The notes below the pieces were generated by a model. It was given only the letters and a program-made list of their open reading frames with translations, made no database searches and was not told the origin of the DNA. Shown here in pieces: positions 1 to 12,994 of a stretch of 64,000 nt of DNA; the stretch's first letter is position 1; every line of letters begins with the position of its first letter. The stretch is from Lama guanicoe (taxonomy: Eukaryota), in the NCBI GenBank assembly GCA_013239625.1, contig MU053352.1, positions 753,079-817,078 on the forward strand, read 5' to 3'. The translations under genes and the position numbers were made by a program.

Positions 1-509
1 TCAACTAGAGAATGGCAAACCAGGACGCGAACCCAGGTCTCCTGCGGTAGGCAACCCTTGCCCTGGAGGAGGGTGTAGCCTCACAATGTGCTTTGTATCC
101 TCCAACCTAGTACAGAGACTTGCACAGTAGGTGCTCAGTATGTGCCTGTGGCAGTGAGTTCCTCCTGGGGCACATCTTTGCCAGGGCAGGTATTTCAGAA
201 TCCAGGATGTAGTTTGTGTCCTTCCTATCTCCTCTCCATCACCTCTGCCTAAGCATTCGCCAAAGCCCCACGGCACCCTTGAGTGCCGGAGGGCGGGGTG
301 GGTCTTGCCCATAGACATGTGTTTGGCCTGCACAGCTTTTAAAAAGCTTTTTCAATTCATCGTTAATATTTAAAAATCAAAAAATTTCACATGGCAGTAC
401 GCAGTTTTGTTCCTCTGCAGAGTCCTGGGTCTGAATTCCCCAGGGGCAGACGCTTCCTAAGTGGACCCACTGAGGAGTTCCACCCTTAAGTCCCCCATAG
501 GACTGTGAA

Positions 510-621
510 ATTTGAAACTTTGAAGAAAAAGCTCCCTAGTTACCACCAAAGACTCTGACTGCTGGATTTGAAACTTTGAAGAAAAAGCTCTCTAGTTACC
601 ACTAAAGATCCTGACTGCAGG
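510..621. repeat. 56-bp direct tandem duplication (2 copies)
   Basis: ATTTGAAACTTTGAAGAAAAAGCTC... occurs at 510-565 and again at 566-621, with 5 mismatches by my count. Confidence 0.9.
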
Positions 622-894
622 ATCCTGAAGTCTGACCTATCCGATGCATAACGCCATCTTCTGGGGGCGGGACCACGTGGAATAAGGCCCGCCCCCAGTC
701 TCCTCTAGAGGGTAGGAGGAATGCTTTGCTTCAATTCTTACAACCAACTCCAACTTGATGGCTGACTCCTGAATCCCTGGGGGGCTGAATGGATGTAATG
801 AGGGTTCCTCAGACCACGCTGGTCCCTCCTTCCCAGCCTTTGACGTTGCCCATGCTCTCTGCTTGGAAGGCTCTTCCTCCACATTTTAATTCTG

Positions 895-1190
895 ACTGGC
901 TCCTGATTACCATTCAGGTCTCAACCCAAATGTTACCTCCTTAGAAAGGCCTTCCCAGCGCATCTGTCTGAAGCTCCAGGCATTACTCTGTACTGTGTTT
1001 TCCTTTTTTATTCTTATTTTTTTTTTAATCATAGCACTTATTATCTGAAATTGATTTGTTGCTGTTTGGCTGCCAAAAGATGTGAGCTCTGTGAAGGCAA
1101 GGACAGGGTTTGTCTTGCTCATCTCTGAATTCCCAGGACCTAGAAGGTAACCTGGCACCACAGAAGAGGTTCAGCACAATTTGTGGAAAA
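895..1190 (+). mobile_element. L2 LINE 3' fragment
   Basis: TCAGGTCTCAACCCAAATGTTACCTCC...GTGAGCTCTGTGAAGGCAAGGAC...CCTGGCAC resembles the L2 3' end. Boundaries approximate. Confidence 0.65.
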
Positions 1191-1727
1191 GTGAACCACT
1201 GGACTCAGAAAACACCTTTCCCTGGAGGATGCCCATGACTCAGTGTCGCAAGTTTGGGTGGGAGCCGGTTGGCAATTAGAGAGCAATTAGTTACCAGCTA
1301 ATTGATGCACAAGACAGCTGTGGGGCTGGGAGGCAATCAAGGGACTGAAGCCCAGAAAGGAGACTTAGGTCTCTTTCTGGGAAAATGCTGAGAGAAGGCA
1401 ATGAGAAATCCCCAGGATAACATTTGAAAACCTCTTGTGTTCTTGCAAGAGATTTATACCATCTGAAGTGCCACCAAAGGGACTTGGTTCCCTTTACGAA
1501 GCTAGTGGATCTGGCCAGGCTCTGGTGATGGGACTGGCCTGTAAAGGAAGGGATGGGACAGATGGAGGAAGTGTCACCCTTTCCTACTTGGGGGGTAAAA
1601 TACTTTGGGGTATTAGGAAAGGTTATCATGTTTGCAAATACCAGAAACCTCACAGATTAATCTGAGTTAATAGGGGGCGTTACTGGAAGGCCATCAGAAG
1701 TGGTATCAAGATTATAAAACTTTCAAA

Positions 1728-1815
1728 GGGAGCATATAGCTCAGTGGTAGAGTGCATGCTTAGCACGCATGAGGTCCTGGGTTTAATCCCCAGTACCTCC
1801 ATTAAAAAAAAAAAA
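1728..1815 (+). mobile_element. tRNA-Ala-derived SINE (camelid type), short form
   Basis: Has an A-box (TAGCTCAGTGG), a B-box-like GGTTTAATCCC and a poly(A) tail. Flanked by a degenerate TSD, AAGATTATAAAACTTTCAA / AAGACTATAAAAAATTCAA. Confidence 0.88.
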
Positions 1816-1919
1816 GACTATAAAAAATTCAAGGTAGAAAGGGGGTGCTCTCAAACTCATTCCGTTGACTCAAAATCATTTTCTAGTTTCCAGACCCTTC
1901 TGATCAGCCTGTTGTTTAG

Positions 1920-2075
1920 AGCTTTGCTTTCAAAGTGTGGTCTGTGGACCAGCAGCTTTGGCATCTCCTAGGAGCCTGTTGGAAATGCAGGGTCTCAGGC
2001 CCAACCCCAGGCCTACTGAATCAGGGTCTGTGTTTTAACAAGACTATCAGGGGATTCATGTGCACATTATAGTTG
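1920..2075. mobile_element. MER5A-like hAT-Charlie MITE
   Basis: TCAAAGTGTGGTCTGTGGACCAGCAGC...GAAATGCAG...TACTGAATCAG...TTTTAACAAG matches the MER5A pattern. Confidence 0.75.
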
Positions 2076-3489
2076 GGTTCATGGCCACAAAAATCAACTG
2101 GTTGATGGGGGGACTGTGTCTCTTAAACCTGAGGGTCCCTAGGAGAGCTGCTGCCTTGGTGGTCTCCAAGGGATGGATGCTCCCAAGGGTCCACTGGGGA
2201 GAGGGTGGTGAAATTGGCAAATAGTCTTGAGCCATTGAGAATTTACCAATTCTTGGGTGCTAGCTAGGTAGGAGTCCAGCCTACAGCAACCTGCTCCTCA
2301 GGTAGGAGATGGGCCTGGGAAAGCCAGGCCTGTGTCCTGCCAAGGAGGAAACTGCTTGGGACCCTGGATCGAATGCCCTGTATGTTGCTGGATCTCTGCT
2401 TGGGGGGCTTTATTTTGAAGGGCTCATCTGCTTGGCTGAAGGAAGGCAGAGCGTGGCCTGGGCTGATGTTGGAGCTAAGACCTTCATTCTGCCTGCTGAG
2501 GTCTGGGCAAGCAGTTCCTAAAAAGCTTCCCTCAGGGCACAGGATGGGAACAGCCACATTGACCTGGCCCTGCAGGAGTTCCAGGGTACCTTCACCTTTT
2601 ATCATATTTGATTTTCATTACGATCTTGTATAAAGGACCAAAAAAAAAAAAATCAAGCACAGAAGGTTCCTGCCTTTAAAAAGGAGTGTTGCTACTTACC
2701 TTATACCTCCCTCTTGGTTCGTTAAACTCTTGTTCCAAAGTAAAAGTGCTGTTGGGTTAGGAGGCTGGGTCATTGGTGAGCTGATCCTCTCACATTGTGA
2801 AGTTGTTCCTTCAAAGGGTGCACATGTCAGATCTCTCGGTAAGATACAGGTATCCGCCCAGACTTATTCAATACTCTGGAGCTCAAGAGTTTTCCCTTGT
2901 AGAGCCAAACCATTATTGGAGGGAGGCAATTCCTACTTCTCCCCGTTACTTCTGCCATGGGAGAGAGGATCTTCCCCCTGCCACCCAAGGGTCCCGGGCA
3001 TCACTCGGCACCTTGAGGCAGTTCCCAAAATTGCCCAGAGAGAGGCTCCTGAAGGAAACTGTCAGTCTCTACAGGGCTCGCCTTGTGTCTCCAAAACTTA
3101 TTAAATGACATCATAAGTTAGGCTTGGCAAATAGGATGAGGGAGTCTGGCCAGTGAGGAGAGACAGAAGCCTTGCAGGCATGGATGCAGGCAGGACGGAA
3201 ATGGAGACTGCCAATAGGCGGAGGTGAGGACAGAGCTGAGCGCCTTGGAAAAAGAATGAACCACTCCAGTTAGCCTTACAGAACACTTTCACAAACATGA
3301 TCCTCCTCTATCCTCAGCAGCCCTGAGTGGTACCTAAGGTCCAGCAAGGTCATCGAGCTACACATAACCAAGCCATGTGTCTTAGACCAGTGCTTGGTAT
3401 ATAGTGGGTGAAAAGTTGACGCTTGTTGAATAAAAGTAGAAAGTGTGCATTGCATAGCACTTTAAAAAGAACCTAAAGAATGAGAAATT

Positions 3490-3905
3490 TACATTTTTGC
3501 ATTCTCTTAAGTATGTCCCCACAAGATAATTACTAATTACAAAAGGACCCTTTACAATAGAGAAACTTGGCAACCACCTCCTTAAACCAAGTGATTGATG
3601 TTAACATCACTAGTAGTAAATCATGTTGACAGGATGTAGCCCCTGTGTGATGCCCTAAGAAGGGCACAGCATCACTTCTGTGCTATTCTTGCCAAAAATG
3701 CATCATTTCGGCATGATTATGAGAAAACCATCATGCATTCAAATTGAGGGATATTCTGTAAAGTGGGATCCTGGATTAGATTACAAGGAAAATTGGCAAA
3801 ATTCAAATAAGTTCTGTAGATTAGTTAATAGTACTGTATTAGTGTTAATTTCTTGGCTCTAATAATTACCAAAGTTAGGCAAGATGTTAATATTTGTGGA
3901 AGCTA
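3490..3905 (+). mobile_element. old L1M 3'-end fragment
   Basis: TTACAAAAGG...GAGAAACTTGGCA...TGCTATTCTTGCCAAAAATGCAT...TAGATTAGTTAATAGTACTGTATT motifs typical of L1MC/L1ME 3' UTRs. Confidence 0.55.
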
Positions 3906-3929
3906 GGTGAATTCTCATAGGAGCTGCCA

Positions 3930-4375
3930 TGTTGTTACAGAACCCACCCCAAGCCACAGCTGATTGGTCCAGGGGTGGACTTCTGACTTGGGCCAATCAG
4001 CCACCGTCTCTGTTCCTACTGCCACCACCACTGCCACTGGAATTGAGATGGTAACTGGTCTGCCTCTGGTTGCTAGGGCCATGAGATATGAGATACAGAA
4101 GCTATTAGCCATCTGCCACATGGAGGAAACCTGTCTGCAACCAGAAGACAGGTAACACAGCAAGAAGGGGGGAGAGAGAGAGAGCGAGAGTGCTGATTCT
4201 GTTTGTTCTTGAAGTTTTCTGTCCTTGCCAGCAATGGTTGGTTGGTTGGCCCTGCTGTCCACTACATAACTCCCAGAATCCAATCTCCCAATAACATCCC
4301 CTTCCAATAAATCTTTGTTTAATAAGGTAGCCAGGATAGTTTTGTGTGTCTCTCAACCAAAAGATACTCAATGAA
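3930..4375 (+). mobile_element. MaLR/ERVL-type LTR fragment
   Basis: TGATTGGTCCAGGGGTGG...GGCCAATCAG at the start, and CAATAAATC...CAACCAAAAGA...CTCAATGAATA at the end. Confidence 0.5.
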
Positions 4376-6010
4376 TATCACTACTCTGAGTTATTTGCGT
4401 AAATGTTTTATCTCTCCCACTCATCTGGGAATTGCCAAATGCCCATCTTAGACACAGTCTCCCTGGCCTGCGGCTAGTGAGAAAACTAGGACAATGACTT
4501 ATAAAGATAATTTTTAAACACTGCTAAATTCTGAGATTAGTCCTTATTAAATTTTATGGTGACAGAAAGTAATGCTTTATTTTTCCCTTTTCTTTAATGC
4601 TCTTTGACAGATAACAAAATGTTGGCAACTCTGTGCCCCATGTGGGGAGAAAACTTTACCAGGATGTGAAATCCCAGCTTCTGGGGAACGCTGTCCACGT
4701 GTTGATTGCTCTGGGGCAAGGCCCTTGCCTGGCTCTCTTGCCACAGTTCCTGGCCTGGGGCAGGGAAGGAGATGCCTCCAAAATGACTGAGATGAGCTAA
4801 TGGGTTTAGAGAGCGGTTCTGGTCTCCTGCCTGTCACGAGGAGATGATCTGATTTAAAACTACTACAGGTTGTTCATTCATTCTTTTATGATTTTTTTCA
4901 AAGGAAACCTAATTTATGTATTTGCAAGATGCCCCCACTCATCCTGATTTTTCCTTTCAAGCGGACCTCGGATTCATTTTCTCTTTTATCCTCTCTTTTA
5001 TCTTAATTGTCTAGGATGGCTTGGCTGGGAGGAAAAGTGAGGGCTCCCCCCACAGAATGCGGTCCACTCACTGTGGTGGGGAGAGAGGACTGGAACGGGA
5101 GTCAGCTAGCACTGTCGTCCAAGTCTGGTTTCCCCTTGTGCTGCTTGCAAGGGCTCAGGCAACTTGTTCCATTTCTCTGAGCCTCAGCGTCCCCATCTGT
5201 GAAATGGGGATGATATCTAGCTGACCTTCTTATAACCTTCTAACAGGGCTGTTATAAGGGGCTGAATAGGGCTTTGGCAGCAATTTGGGAATCAGAAGTG
5301 GAGGGTGCAGGTGTCGGGTGTTTGCAGGAGCTGTTGGGGGGCACTGGATGGGGAAATGGGAACGTAGGAAAGTGCTGGGGAGTGGCTGAGTGCTTCCAGC
5401 TCTTCCTAGCTCTGTCTGTTCCTGGCATGTGACCTCACCTCTCTGTGCCTCAATTTCTTCATTTGGAAATCTGGGTCCCACAGTCAGGAAGTAAGTCCTC
5501 CTGATCCTGCACACTAGGCATTAAAGTTTGCCTTGAGCAGGTCAGAGACAGAGAGGCACTCCAGGTGGAGGGGGCTGCGTGAGCTGAGGCTTGGAGCTGA
5601 GAAACGCTGGTCTCACGCGTTTTGTTTCAGGGGGACAATAATAATACTTCTCTATCGTGATAAGAATTAAGCAAGATAATGCAGGGAGAGCGCTTAGCAC
5701 AGACTGGCAGGCAGCAAATTCAGTTATGGTGTTGGTCCTTACTGGTCTTGCTCTGTTTTACAGATAAAGAAAACCAAGCCTCTGAGAGGTGACGCGGTCG
5801 GCCCGGTCCCACAGCCATCGGAGGTCCAGCAGAATTTGAACCCACGTCTTCTTGACTCTCGAGGCCAGGCTCTGAACAACCGCGTTAGTCACCCCATGGG
5901 GAGGCCTCTGCTCTCGACCCCAGCTGCCAGCCTGACTCAGCAACTGTGGGTGGCCTCGCTCCTGTGCCTGGGCAGCACAGCCAGCAAGAAGTCTCCCACT
6001 TCCTTGAAAA

Positions 6011-6020
6011 CCAAATATGG
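6011..6020. promoter_or_regulatory. consensus CArG box (SRF site), candidate
   Basis: CCAAATATGG = CC(A/T)6GG. AP-1 TGACTCA at 5933-5939 and E-box CAGCTG at 5921-5926 lie nearby. Motif evidence only. Confidence 0.4.
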
Positions 6021-9000
6021 GCAGACCAGGCCCTTGGAGGCCTGACCCCCAGGCTGGGCCTGCTCCCGCCTGCTCCTCTGTGCCATGGGGCCCTACTCCC
6101 TGCACAACCGCCTGGCTCTGCCCCAGAGGACTCTGGGAGAGCATCCATCCAGATCCCCCTCCTCATAGGATCTTGTTGAACAGGTTACTGAAAGGGCATG
6201 TGAGACCAGTGTCTCATCCATGTCTCAGGAATTCCTAACTCCAAGCCTTTGTGGTGCTGTCCCTTCCCCCTGGAGCACCTCTCCCTCTCTACCCAGCTCT
6301 TATGCCTTCTTTGGTGTCCAATGAGAATTCTCAGGAAGGGTTACTTCCTGACTGTGTGACCTGGAGTAAATCTCTCACCCTGTCCATCCATCCGTCTGTG
6401 TAACTGTCCATCCATCCATCTATGTAACCATCCATCTATCGATCCTTCCATCCGGTGGGCACTTACCTGTGCCAGGCATTTTATATATAGTCTCTCCTTC
6501 CAGACTGGACGCTCCCTTGAAGATTGTAGACCAGGTGTAGAAGGTAATTGTTCCACTACTATCCATGGGCCAAGTCTCGTCCTTACTACAGTCCTGGTGA
6601 GGCTCTCATCCTATCACCCCTTTCCATAGCTGGGAAGACTGATACTCAGACAGGGGAAGTCCAAGGGACACAGCACAGATGAGTGGAGCCGAGACTTGAA
6701 ACCTGATCTGTTGGACTCTGGAGGCCAAGTTCCTAACCACTAGGCAGTACTCCCTAACTCCTAATGGAGGGAGGGGACCATTGCAGTAAGGGTCAGGTCC
6801 TGGGGGAGGGCTGGGGCCACTTCGCCTTCTGTTCTTGGTTTCCAAGTAGTCCCCTCAACCTTTCGACTTCTGAGGCAGCTGTACCTCACTGACCTTCCCT
6901 TCTCCAGTCCCTCTGTGACCAGAGCTGGTCTGACACTTGCCAGCGTGGCTGGGAAAGGATTATTTTTTTCCTTTACCCCCACACTCCACCGGACTGAGAC
7001 TTTGAGAATACCTGTCCCATCTCAGAGCCTATAAAGTCCTTTTCAAGGTCACCAGTGTCCTCGCTTTAGTCAGGGGGAGTCAGGGCAGGGAGGCGCTTCC
7101 TCCTGGTTCAGATAGGGGAACCAGAGCCCCAGCACTGGTCGCTGGCTACATCGGGGGTGGCCCAGCTGGAATCTCTGGCTTCAGCGAATGGAGCACGGAG
7201 CATGGAATCATTTGCTAGGTCTTCCCTGAAGCCATGGTATAAGATACTTAGAGTCCGACAGATTCCAACTCTTCCTCTCACCAGTTGTGCAGCCTTGTAG
7301 GAGTCATTTCGCCTCTCTGAACCTCAGACTCCTCTTCTGAAATGTGGGGACAATGCTTGTACCCACTTGAGAGATGTTGGGAGGATGAAATGAACTAATA
7401 CTCGTGAAGTACTTAGAACATAGTGAAGTATTGAAACAGTGGGTGCTTGGACAATGAGGTCTTCATTATTCTAACGTGGTGCCTAAGGTAGGACATCAGA
7501 TCAGGAGGGTCATCCAGGCCAGGGTGACAGTGTCTAACTTTCCTTTATTACCACAATGTACCAGGCATGTACATTGGGGCAATATCCCTGTAATTCAGTG
7601 CCATTTTACAGATGGGGTAACTGAGGCTCAGAGAGGGAAATGGACTTGCCCTAACTCCCTGCCCAGCAAGGGGAAGAGCCTGGGCTTGTTCTCAAGTCTG
7701 TGTCTACAACTTTAGCTCTGATCCACCATGCTGGATTCTCCAGCTCCACTGTGCTAAGGCCCAGAGAGGGACAGGGAGTTACTCGGGCTCCACAGCAGTT
7801 GAGGTTGTGTCCAAACACACTGGGAAGGCCTTTTCCATCCTGGCAGCTCCACGTGGGTCTGGGTAATTCTCCAGTCCTAGGATTAAAGCTGATGCATTCA
7901 CAGTCTTTGGAGGGGTCTGGGGATCTAGTTCACAGTCTCAGGCTGGCCTTAAATCCCACCTTCCCTAGGTAACGCATGATGACCCTCTCCTCCCCCACCC
8001 CCAGCTTTCTGCACAGGCCCCCTTTAAAAAAAGTCAGCTGAACTTTCAGCCAAAGAAAACTCATTGATGCCCTCAAACCAGCCATCCAGGGAGAAGGCTG
8101 CCCTGGAATGTCGGAGGGGGGTCACCAGGCTGTTTATGAGCAGGCCAGCAGAGAAATGCAAGCAGCTACCTTTCTTGGAGAAAGCCTGAAGTCCCTCTGC
8201 AGGAAAGGATCCAGGGTGGGCCAGCTTAGAGTCTCTAGCCTCAGTCTCCCTGTAATCACCACTGTGGCATTTATGGGGTATAAAGAACTTCAGCTGTTGA
8301 TTCAACGACTGTCAGTTGGATGCCTGCTCTGTGCCAGGCACTGTGCTGGCTGCTTGGGAAGCAGCAGAGACAGAGCTAAGCCCTGTCGTCCGGGGCTGAT
8401 TTTCCAGCAGAAGGCAGTCTCTCAGTAAGTCTCCCAAAGAGCCAGAGGCCAGTTCCCTAGGCCCACAACCCCAGATCAATACTCCTGGGGCTGGATGGGT
8501 TTCAGAATTCAGAACTTAGGGGGATTTTGAAAGGTGATCTGTTGGGGTCTGCACCCACCCAGTCAAACATACGGGTGGGTATTGCTGTAGTGAGAAGTGT
8601 GAGTATTGACTCTAAGTCAGATAAGTACAAGTTCTGCACAGCCTCAGTCCATTCAGGTCAGATTTTGCCTCCAAATGAGTGTTTTTTTGAATATACAGAA
8701 AAGCCTTGGTTGTCCAGGCATTCTGGACTATAGAGTTGAAAGTGGGGACTGGGGACCTGATTCCTCTCCCCACTGTACAGATGAGAAAACTGAGACTCAG
8801 GGCAGAGGAATCATATACCCAAGGCCCTGGAGCCGGTAACTGGTGGGTGAGATGCAGGTCTCAGTGACTCCAAATTCAGAGTTTGCCACACCACGGACCC
8901 TGCCTGGGAGAGAAGCAGGGGCTGAGGACAGAAGGCCCCTTGGCCAAGCCTTGGCAGCCCAGCAGCCGGTTCTGCCAGGAAGGAGTTAAGCACCACCTGG

Positions 9001-9971
9001 GCGTCCGCCAGGCCTCGGCACCGCGTCTCCTTGCAGGGCCTGCCTGTCTGGGGCCTGTTTACCAGGCCACGCTTGCATCACTGGCTTCGACATGCAGTGC
9101 AAACACACTCACATTCTTGGGTCATGAGAAATACCCAGTTGCGGTGACATCAGGCCCAGAGAGGAGGTTTTTGCCAGCCTCCTTCCTGCCCACAGTCCAG
9201 GCTTTTTAATTAGCACCCTTAACTGGAACTCTTGTCTTCTTGTAAAAACCAACTGGAGAAACTCATGGGTGGGGGTGATGGGGGTTGGAGTGTGTGTGCG
9301 TGTGTGTACGCATTTGAAGGGATAAAAATAGCCCATCTGAGACTCCTTTTGGGGTATTTGTGAGTATTAATGCACCACTGTTTATATTAAATCTATGTCA
9401 CACTGGACATTTTCATCTGCATTTGGCTTGGAAATGGGACCAGAGAAACCACCCATGTCTTTTTGTTCCCTCCAGTTTTTCCTTTTGGGAGGGAGACACG
9501 TAGGCCAAGTGAAAGGGCTGTTGGAGACTATTTAGACCAGCCTTTCATTACATAGCCAAGAAAAGGGAGGCCCAGAGAGGGGAGGGCCTTCCCTGAGGTC
9601 ACACAGCAAAGGTCCATGTTCTCACCCAACTTCCATGCATTTTGCAGCACTGCCCTTGGCTCCCACTTTGGCTTTGGGAGTTGGCTTTTCAGGATGTTGG
9701 AGAGAGATGCTTCTGGCTAGAATTTCCTGGCTCTTTGAGATCAGAGTGGAAGTGATGGTGGCAGTGGTGGTGGGGGTGGTGGTGGTGGGAACAGAGAAGA
9801 GCGATTGGGACCACAGGAGACCTTAACCTCACACACCCACCTCCCCAAAAAACCTCTGCTAGGCTTTAAAATGTCTGTTCCTCCTCCAGACAACCGCAGT
9901 CTCCTTTTGCTCCCTCTTCCCAAGAAGTCCTATCCCTCACTGGCCTCCTTCCATTAATTAAGGAAAATCAA

Positions 9972-10060
9972 TTTTTTTTTGGGATGGAGGTACTGGAGGT
10001 TGAACCCAGGCCCTCGTGCATGCTAAGCATGCACTCTACCACTGAGCTACACCCTCCCCC
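9972..10060 (-). mobile_element. tRNA-Ala-derived SINE (camelid type)
   Basis: Reverse complement reads GGGGGAGGGTGTAGCTCAGTGGTAGAGTGCATGCTTAGCATGCACGAGGGCCTGGGTTCAACC..., followed by an A tail. Confidence 0.88.
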
Positions 10061-10094
10061 TGCCGTGACAATTGAAGACTTACTTCCCAGCAAG

Positions 10095-10225
10095 GAGTGC
10101 TAGGTTTTTAGCAAATGAAAATAGAAGACACCCAGTTCAGTCTGACTTTCGCATAAACAACAAATAACGTTTCACATAAATATGTCCTAGGCAACGTTGA
10201 GACAGACAGTTACCTGGCAGCCCTA
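10095..10225. mobile_element. MER53-like hAT MITE remnant
   Basis: TTTAGCAAATGAAAATAGAAGACACCCAGTT...ATAAACAACAAATAA...CTGGCAGCCCTA. Confidence 0.55.
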
Positions 10226-10429
10226 TTCCCCTTCACCTTGATATCATTACTGTGGCAGACCCTCTCGACTGTCTTCCCATCACCCTTTCTTCTCCTTCCT
10301 CATTAACTGATCTCTGATTTTGTTTGGGGTGGCAGTGTTCCAGGTGATGAATTGTGATCAGTTTAAGCTCCTCATGACAATCCTATTCTCCTTTGCTTTC
10401 CTAGATTCGCTTGCAGTCGGGGATGATCT

Positions 10430-11495
10430 GGTGGCTGCAAATTTTTTGACACCCTCCTTTTCAAAAGATAGAAACTCACCCACTCCACTTGAATGTAGGC
10501 TGGACTTACTCATTTCAAAGAGTGACTTCCAAGGCTAGGTCATAAAAACCGTTGTTGCTTCTGCCCTACTCTCTTAGATTACTCATTCTGGGGGAAGTTA
10601 GCTGCCATGTTGTGAGGACACTCAATAGCTCTGTGGAGAGGCCCACATGGGAGGAACTAAGTCCTCCCATCAACATTCAGCACCAACACGCTAGGGATGT
10701 AGGTGAGCCACCTTGGAAGTGGCTGCAGCCCCAGTCAAGCCTTTGCATGACTATGGTGTGGGCCAATATTTTGACAGAAGCATGAGCCAGAGGGATCCTC
10801 ACATTAATTATGTTTTTTATTTTCTATATTTTATGATACTTTGACATCTTGGGGAACCTTGGTGTCTGGGAAGAGCCTGCCCCTCCCAGAGCTAGTTAAT
10901 TCTTAGAGACAGTAAAGAACTTGTCTATGAGCCCATCTTTCACATATAAACCGACCAATCCTGAGTCCATACCCCCAACCACCTCCTTATCTAACTCTCA
11001 CATACCAAGCCAATATGTCCTCTGCCATAACCCAGGGCCAGGTCCTGGACAACTTGGGACAGCTCCTATGCCACAAAGCCCACTGGAATTATTCAAACTA
11101 GCCAGTCCTAAGCTGTTTCCCCTGCCCTGCCCTGCCCTTAGAAACCCCCATAAAGGCTGTGCTCTTGGCCTTGTCTCTTTCCTTTCTGCCTCCTGACTGA
11201 TGCTGGTGCTTTCTCCTGTGGCCCTGCGTGGCACATCATGCCTCTTCTTTCTAGGGAAACTGTAAGTAACATTAAACATTTCTTTCAGTGGCACTGACTT
11301 CCCCACGTTGTCACACAGTCACCTTTATATATTGAGACTGGCACAGATTACCCCTGAGAGATCCTGATCTAGATCCACTTAACTAAGCCATTCCTGGAGA
11401 CCTGACTCCCAGAAACTTTTAGAGATAGTAGATGGTTATTGCAGCAGCCTGGTTTGGACTAATTTGTTTTATGGCAATAGATAATAAATACAGAT
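10430..11495 (+). mobile_element. MLT1 (MaLR) LTR interrupted by a second LTR
   Basis: MLT1-like sequence (CCACTTGAATGTAGGCTGGACTT; GCTGCCATGTTGTGAGG) resumes after about 11345 and ends with GCAATAGATAATAAATACA. Confidence 0.55.
10783..11345 (+). mobile_element. ERV1-like solo LTR nested in MLT1
   Basis: TG...CA ends, CCAAT boxes, CATAAA poly(A)-like signal and MER34/MER39-like content. No clear TSD. Confidence 0.5.
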
Positions 11496-12994
11496 GGTCA
11501 CGTGACTTAGTTCAGTGCTAATGAGACGTAAGAGAAAGTATGCTGGGGTGCTTGTAGGAAGCTTTCCTGATAAAAGGATCAAAACGGAGAGTAGAGCCCA
11601 GGGGTATCACCCTCTTTGGACAAAGATGATGCTTACAGAAGTGACAGCTATTTGGGGACCATGAGGTGCTGAAATATAAGGAGAGAGGAGAGAAAAATTA
11701 GGAAGAACCTGTGTCTTTTATGACATCATTAAGCTGGTAGAACAACTCTGTGATCTCCTGCATCCAGATTTATAGACAATCAAATGTCCTTGTAGTTTGA
11801 GCCACTGTGCACTGCAACTTGCAGCTTAATGCACCCCTAACTGATAGAATAAGCATGACAGTAGCATCTCACTTAACTGGAGTAACTTATGCAATGAGTT
11901 ATTTAGAATCGGCAATGAAGCTAAAAGGGCAACTGAGCACCAAAAGTCACACCATAGTGTCCATACTAAGCACCTCACTCTTAGGTAAGCGTTCCTGGCC
12001 TTCACTCATACATAGCCTTTCTACTTTTACTTTACATACCATCCTAACAAGCTTTTCTAGGAGGACATCTTCCTGGGCCATGGCTTGGAAATCAAATTCA
12101 ATTCAATAACTAATTATCTATTATGTGCAAAGCACTGTGGGAGGCTCTGCTAGGCACTAGGTATGCACAGATGAGTTTTGAGCAGGAGAGCAACATGATT
12201 CGATTGGCCAGGTAACTTGGGCTGCAATGTAGAGATTGGAGAAAGCCTGGAAAAATAAAAAGAGAAAACTTTTTAGTGAGTGTCAATTTATTAAGAAAAT
12301 ACATATCTAAAATTATTTCCCATGGAAAATTCCATCTACAGGACAAACCACTCTAACTTTTCTTAATTGTTGCTAATCCTGGTTTCCAAAATACTTGTCT
12401 GCTTTGACTTCCTGAAAGCCCTAAAAGCTTTCAGAAGTGAAGAGTGTGACCCATCTGGATCTGAGTTCTGAGGAGATACAGAATGCAGCAGCTCTAAGAT
12501 ATCCCGAAGCCCGATTATTCCACCTCTACACTTCATAGATGGGAATTTAAGGCCCAGGGAGGGGAAGGAACAGCTCAGAGTGTCCCAGTAATCCAAGTGG
12601 CAGTGTGAGGACTCGAACCCAGGTCTCTATACTTTCCCTTTCTCCAGGCAGTGAGGAAGGCAACGCTAGTTCCCTCAAACCACTCAAACATTTCCTCTCA
12701 TAAGGAGCAGAACTTTGACCCAGTGCTGCAAGCTCCCCCGGGCTCAGGAAGCTCTGCCTGTCCAGAATTTCCTGTGTGTGGGAAAGAAATAGAATGAGCA
12801 GATAAATCCTCAGAGGCTTCTTTTCAAGGCTTCTCCTTGATGAGTGTACAGCAGCCCTGGCTAAGAAGACCAATCCATTGACATGTGTTCTGTGTGTTTC
12901 TAAAAGTAATCAAAAAAGGATAACCCTGCACCCAGGAAGGCTGGATATGGTAGGGGAGAAGAACATGGGTCATCATCTCTGCCCTTGAGGAGCA

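Noticed and set aside
510..621. CRISPR-like direct repeats
   Set aside because: Only two adjacent copies, no spacers, and a mammalian context.
1728..1801. Possible tRNA-Ala gene (also the five similar copies)
   Set aside because: Poly(A) tails, TSDs, broken acceptor/T stems and multiple dispersed copies indicate SINEs, not tRNA genes.
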